This document shows positions 35,499-37,605 of a stretch of DNA of 37,605 nt, piece after piece (positions within the stretch are counted from its first letter, which is position 1; every line of letters begins with the position of its first letter). The DNA lies in the NCBI GenBank assembly GCA_965242725.1, contig CBDESZ010000002.1, forward strand, positions 1-37,605. Direction: 5' to 3'. Below the pieces are notes generated by a model. That model was given only the letters and a program-made list of their open reading frames with translations, was not told the origin of the DNA and did no database searches. The position numbers and the translations under genes are program-made. Origin of the DNA: Alkalispirochaeta sp. GTDB lineage: Bacteria; Spirochaetota; Spirochaetia; DSM-27196; Alkalispirochaetaceae.

Positions 35499-35809
35499 GT
35501 TTGCCCTCTCTGTGTCCATATTCCGGCATGGGGGGTATATTCCTGTTCTTCCACCAAGATGTACGCCAGCGCTCCCGCAACGACCCAGTGGGGTATTCCG
35601 TGGGAATCCACGGAATCGCCGCCGGTTTCCGTCTCTTCGGTGCCGCCCGACCGCGCCGCCGTTCGACCTGCTTTGACGCCGGGGGCGGGGGTGTCAAAGA
35701 TTCGGCGAATGACATGCATCATGACACTCAAAAAGACGAGGAAAAAAAAGACGACTCCCATGCCGACCACGGCAGTCACCAGCACATAAGAATAGGATTC
35801 GACATTCAT
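35495..35809 (-). CDS. mmdD: OadG/MmdD-family membrane anchor subunit
   Basis: N-terminal TM GMGVVFFFLVFL, flexible linker and VVAGALA helix. Sits between the alpha and biotin subunits. Confidence 0.85.
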   Translation of the reverse strand: MNVESYSYVLVTAVVGMGVVFFFLVFLSVMMHVIRRIFDTPAPGVKAGRTAARSGGTEETETGGDSVDSHGIPHWVVAGALAYILVEEQEYTPHAGIWTQRGQT

Positions 35810-37368
35810 AGCGGTATATTCCCGTGTTTCCGCGCCGCCCGATGCTCCTGTTTGTGTACGAGCATCTCCAGGGAACGCACAAGTTCCACCCTGCTATGAA
35901 CGGGATCGATGACGTCGTCGACAAAGCCGTACCCCGCCGCCACAAAGGGATCCATGACACTCTCCTTGAACTCTTCTATTTTGGCCTGCCGTGCCGCGTC
36001 GGGATCGTCCGCTTCCGCTATGTCCCGCCGAAAAATAACGTTTGCCGCACCTTCCGCACCCATGACGGCGATCTGTGCAATGGGCCACGCCAGTACCCGG
36101 TCATATCCGAGAGATTTGGCGGCCATCGCGATATAGGCGCCGCCGTAGGCTTTGCGCAGGACGAGGGAGATCTTGGGAACGGTCGCCTCTGCGATGGCGT
36201 AAAGGATCTTGGCACCGTGTCTGATAATGCCGCCGTGTTCCTGTGTCACCCCCGGAAGAAATCCCGGGACATCCACGAGGGTCACGATGGGAATATTGAA
36301 GGCGTCGCAGAACCGAATGAATCGCGCGCCTTTGTCGCTGGCGTTGATATCGAGTGCCGCTGCGTACACCGCAGGCTGGTTGGCGAAGATCCCGACGACT
36401 CGACCCGCCAGGCGGGCAAATCCAACGACCACGTTTGTCGCATACTCGCCGTGAACCTCCATGAAACTGTCCCTGTCAAAGACGGTGGCGATAAATTCCC
36501 TGACGTCGTACCCGCGGCGCTCCTCGTCGGGAACGATGTCCAGCACTTCCGGCACGCTTCGGTCCGGTTCATCCCAGCCGTCGTCTCCCGAGCCGATCCG
36601 CGGCGGCATTTCGCCATTATGGAGAGGGAGGTAGGAGAGCAGACGCCGTATCCCATCCATGCACTCCTCTTCACTTGAAAAGCGGAAATGGGCGACGCCG
36701 CTCTTTGTCGCGTGGGCTGCCGCGCCACCCAGTTCTTCATGGGAGATTTCCTCACCGGTAACGGCTCGTATGACGTCGGGGCCGGTGATATACATGTTGC
36801 TCACGTTATCGACCATGAAGATAAAGTCGGTAATACCAGGTGAGTAGACGGCACCACCGGCACATGGTCCGAGGATGACCGAGATCTGCGGCACCACCCC
36901 AGACGCATCGGTATTGGCCCGGAAGATCTTCGCGTATCCGTCAAGGGAGAGTATCCCTTCCTGAATACGGGCTCCGCCGGAATCGTTTATCTGAATGAAA
37001 GGCGTCCGCGTCCTGATGGAGAGATTCTGCGCCTCCGCAATACGTGCGGCGTGCTGTTCCCCCAGCGATCCGCCGAGGATTGTGAAATCCTGGGTCGAGA
37101 CGAAGACCTGGCGGCCGTCGATCAGCCCGCTCCCCGTTACCACGCCGTCGCCGGGAACTCTCTTGTCTCCAAGACCGAAGGCTGTCGACCGACCCATAAT
37201 GTATGTCTGGTGTTCCACGAAGGATTGTGGATCAAACAGTCGTTCGATGCGCTCCCGGGCGCTGAACTTACCCTTTTCATGTTGTTTCCTGATCCGCTCT
37301 TCACCGCCGCCCCGATGGACCTCATCACGACGGTTTTTCATGTGCTGGATCGCCTCACGCATACTCAC
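35806..37368 (-). CDS. mmdA: Acyl-CoA carboxyltransferase (methylmalonyl-CoA decarboxylase alpha subunit-like)
   Basis: GDGVVTG, DSGGARIQEG, GPCAGGAVYSP, DVPGFLPG, RKAYGGAY and KHGNIPL. SD AAGGAG before GTG. Confidence 0.92.
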   Translation of the reverse strand: MSMREAIQHMKNRRDEVHRGGGEERIRKQHEKGKFSARERIERLFDPQSFVEHQTYIMGRSTAFGLGDKRVPGDGVVTGSGLIDGRQVFVSTQDFTILGGSLGEQHAARIAEAQNLSIRTRTPFIQINDSGGARIQEGILSLDGYAKIFRANTDASGVVPQISVILGPCAGGAVYSPGITDFIFMVDNVSNMYITGPDVIRAVTGEEISHEELGGAAAHATKSGVAHFRFSSEEECMDGIRRLLSYLPLHNGEMPPRIGSGDDGWDEPDRSVPEVLDIVPDEERRGYDVREFIATVFDRDSFMEVHGEYATNVVVGFARLAGRVVGIFANQPAVYAAALDINASDKGARFIRFCDAFNIPIVTLVDVPGFLPGVTQEHGGIIRHGAKILYAIAEATVPKISLVLRKAYGGAYIAMAAKSLGYDRVLAWPIAQIAVMGAEGAANVIFRRDIAEADDPDAARQAKIEEFKESVMDPFVAAGYGFVDDVIDPVHSRVELVRSLEMLVHKQEHRAARKHGNIPL

Positions 37369-37409
37369 GAAGCACTCCTTGATTCCCCCAGGGGAAAATA
37401 TAAAGAAAA

Positions 37410-37438
37410 ACGGTACGCCGACTTATGCGACCTGTCAA
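37410..37438 (-). promoter_or_regulatory. sigma70 promoter of the decarboxylase operon
   Basis: Minus strand TTGACA-17 bp-TACCGT. Confidence 0.6.
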
Positions 37439-37562
37439 GGAATTGGAGAGATAGGAAGGCGTTGGGACTTGCAAATCGTACAAAGGGTAGTACACTGATT
37501 GTCAGGTTTTTTTAAACAGGGCCGTTGGCCCTCGACACCACAAGAGACAAGGAGTTTCATCT

Positions 37563-37605
37563 ATGTCTGACGCAATAAAGCAGGAGGGAGTTAACGGCAA
37601 GACCG
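37563..37605 (+). CDS. 5' end of a divergent gene truncated by the window (MSDAIKQEGVNGKT...)
   Basis: SD AAGGAG before the ATG, candidate promoter TTGCAA-16-TACACT (37469-37496), and an open frame to the window edge. Confidence 0.6.
   Translation, partial: MSDAIKQEGVNGKT

Noticed and set aside
1..37605. CRISPR array, rRNA, transposase or prophage genes
   Set aside because: No repeat-spacer periodicity or recognisable motifs were seen.

Overview
GC-rich bacterial chromosomal segment with no phage, IS or CRISPR signal. It is most likely from an anaerobic free-living spirochaete (Spirochaetaceae-like); this is inferred only from gene content and signal-peptide style. Left half: a Zn-dependent polyol/sugar-acid dehydrogenase with LacI-type operators; a 625-aa DUF4914-type protein carrying all PEP-carboxykinase catalytic motifs, divergent from a ferredoxin; pncB (apparent 1-nt frameshift at its 3' end) followed by a catalytically degenerate minimal nucleotidyltransferase; ndk, oligoendopeptidase F, tRNA-Cys, a NUDIX hydrolase, a RavA/ViaA-like pair, exonuclease I, a sigma54-driven Hsp20, a 2-hydroxyacid dehydrogenase with TctCAB, and an acyltransferase. 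Right half (about 19.8-37.4 kb): two paralogous three-subunit xanthine-oxidase-family molybdo-hydroxylases, an atypical cytosine-deaminase-like enzyme, an FlK-type thioesterase, MocA, a type II ABC importer, a stand-alone carbamate kinase and a Na+-pumping (methyl)malonyl-CoA decarboxylase operon. This may be an undescribed energy-conserving N-heterocycle catabolic system. About ten operon-leading genes have a -10 box 5-9 nt before the ATG and no good Shine-Dalgarno, suggesting pervasive leaderless translation. All calls come from reading motifs by eye; no database searches were run.
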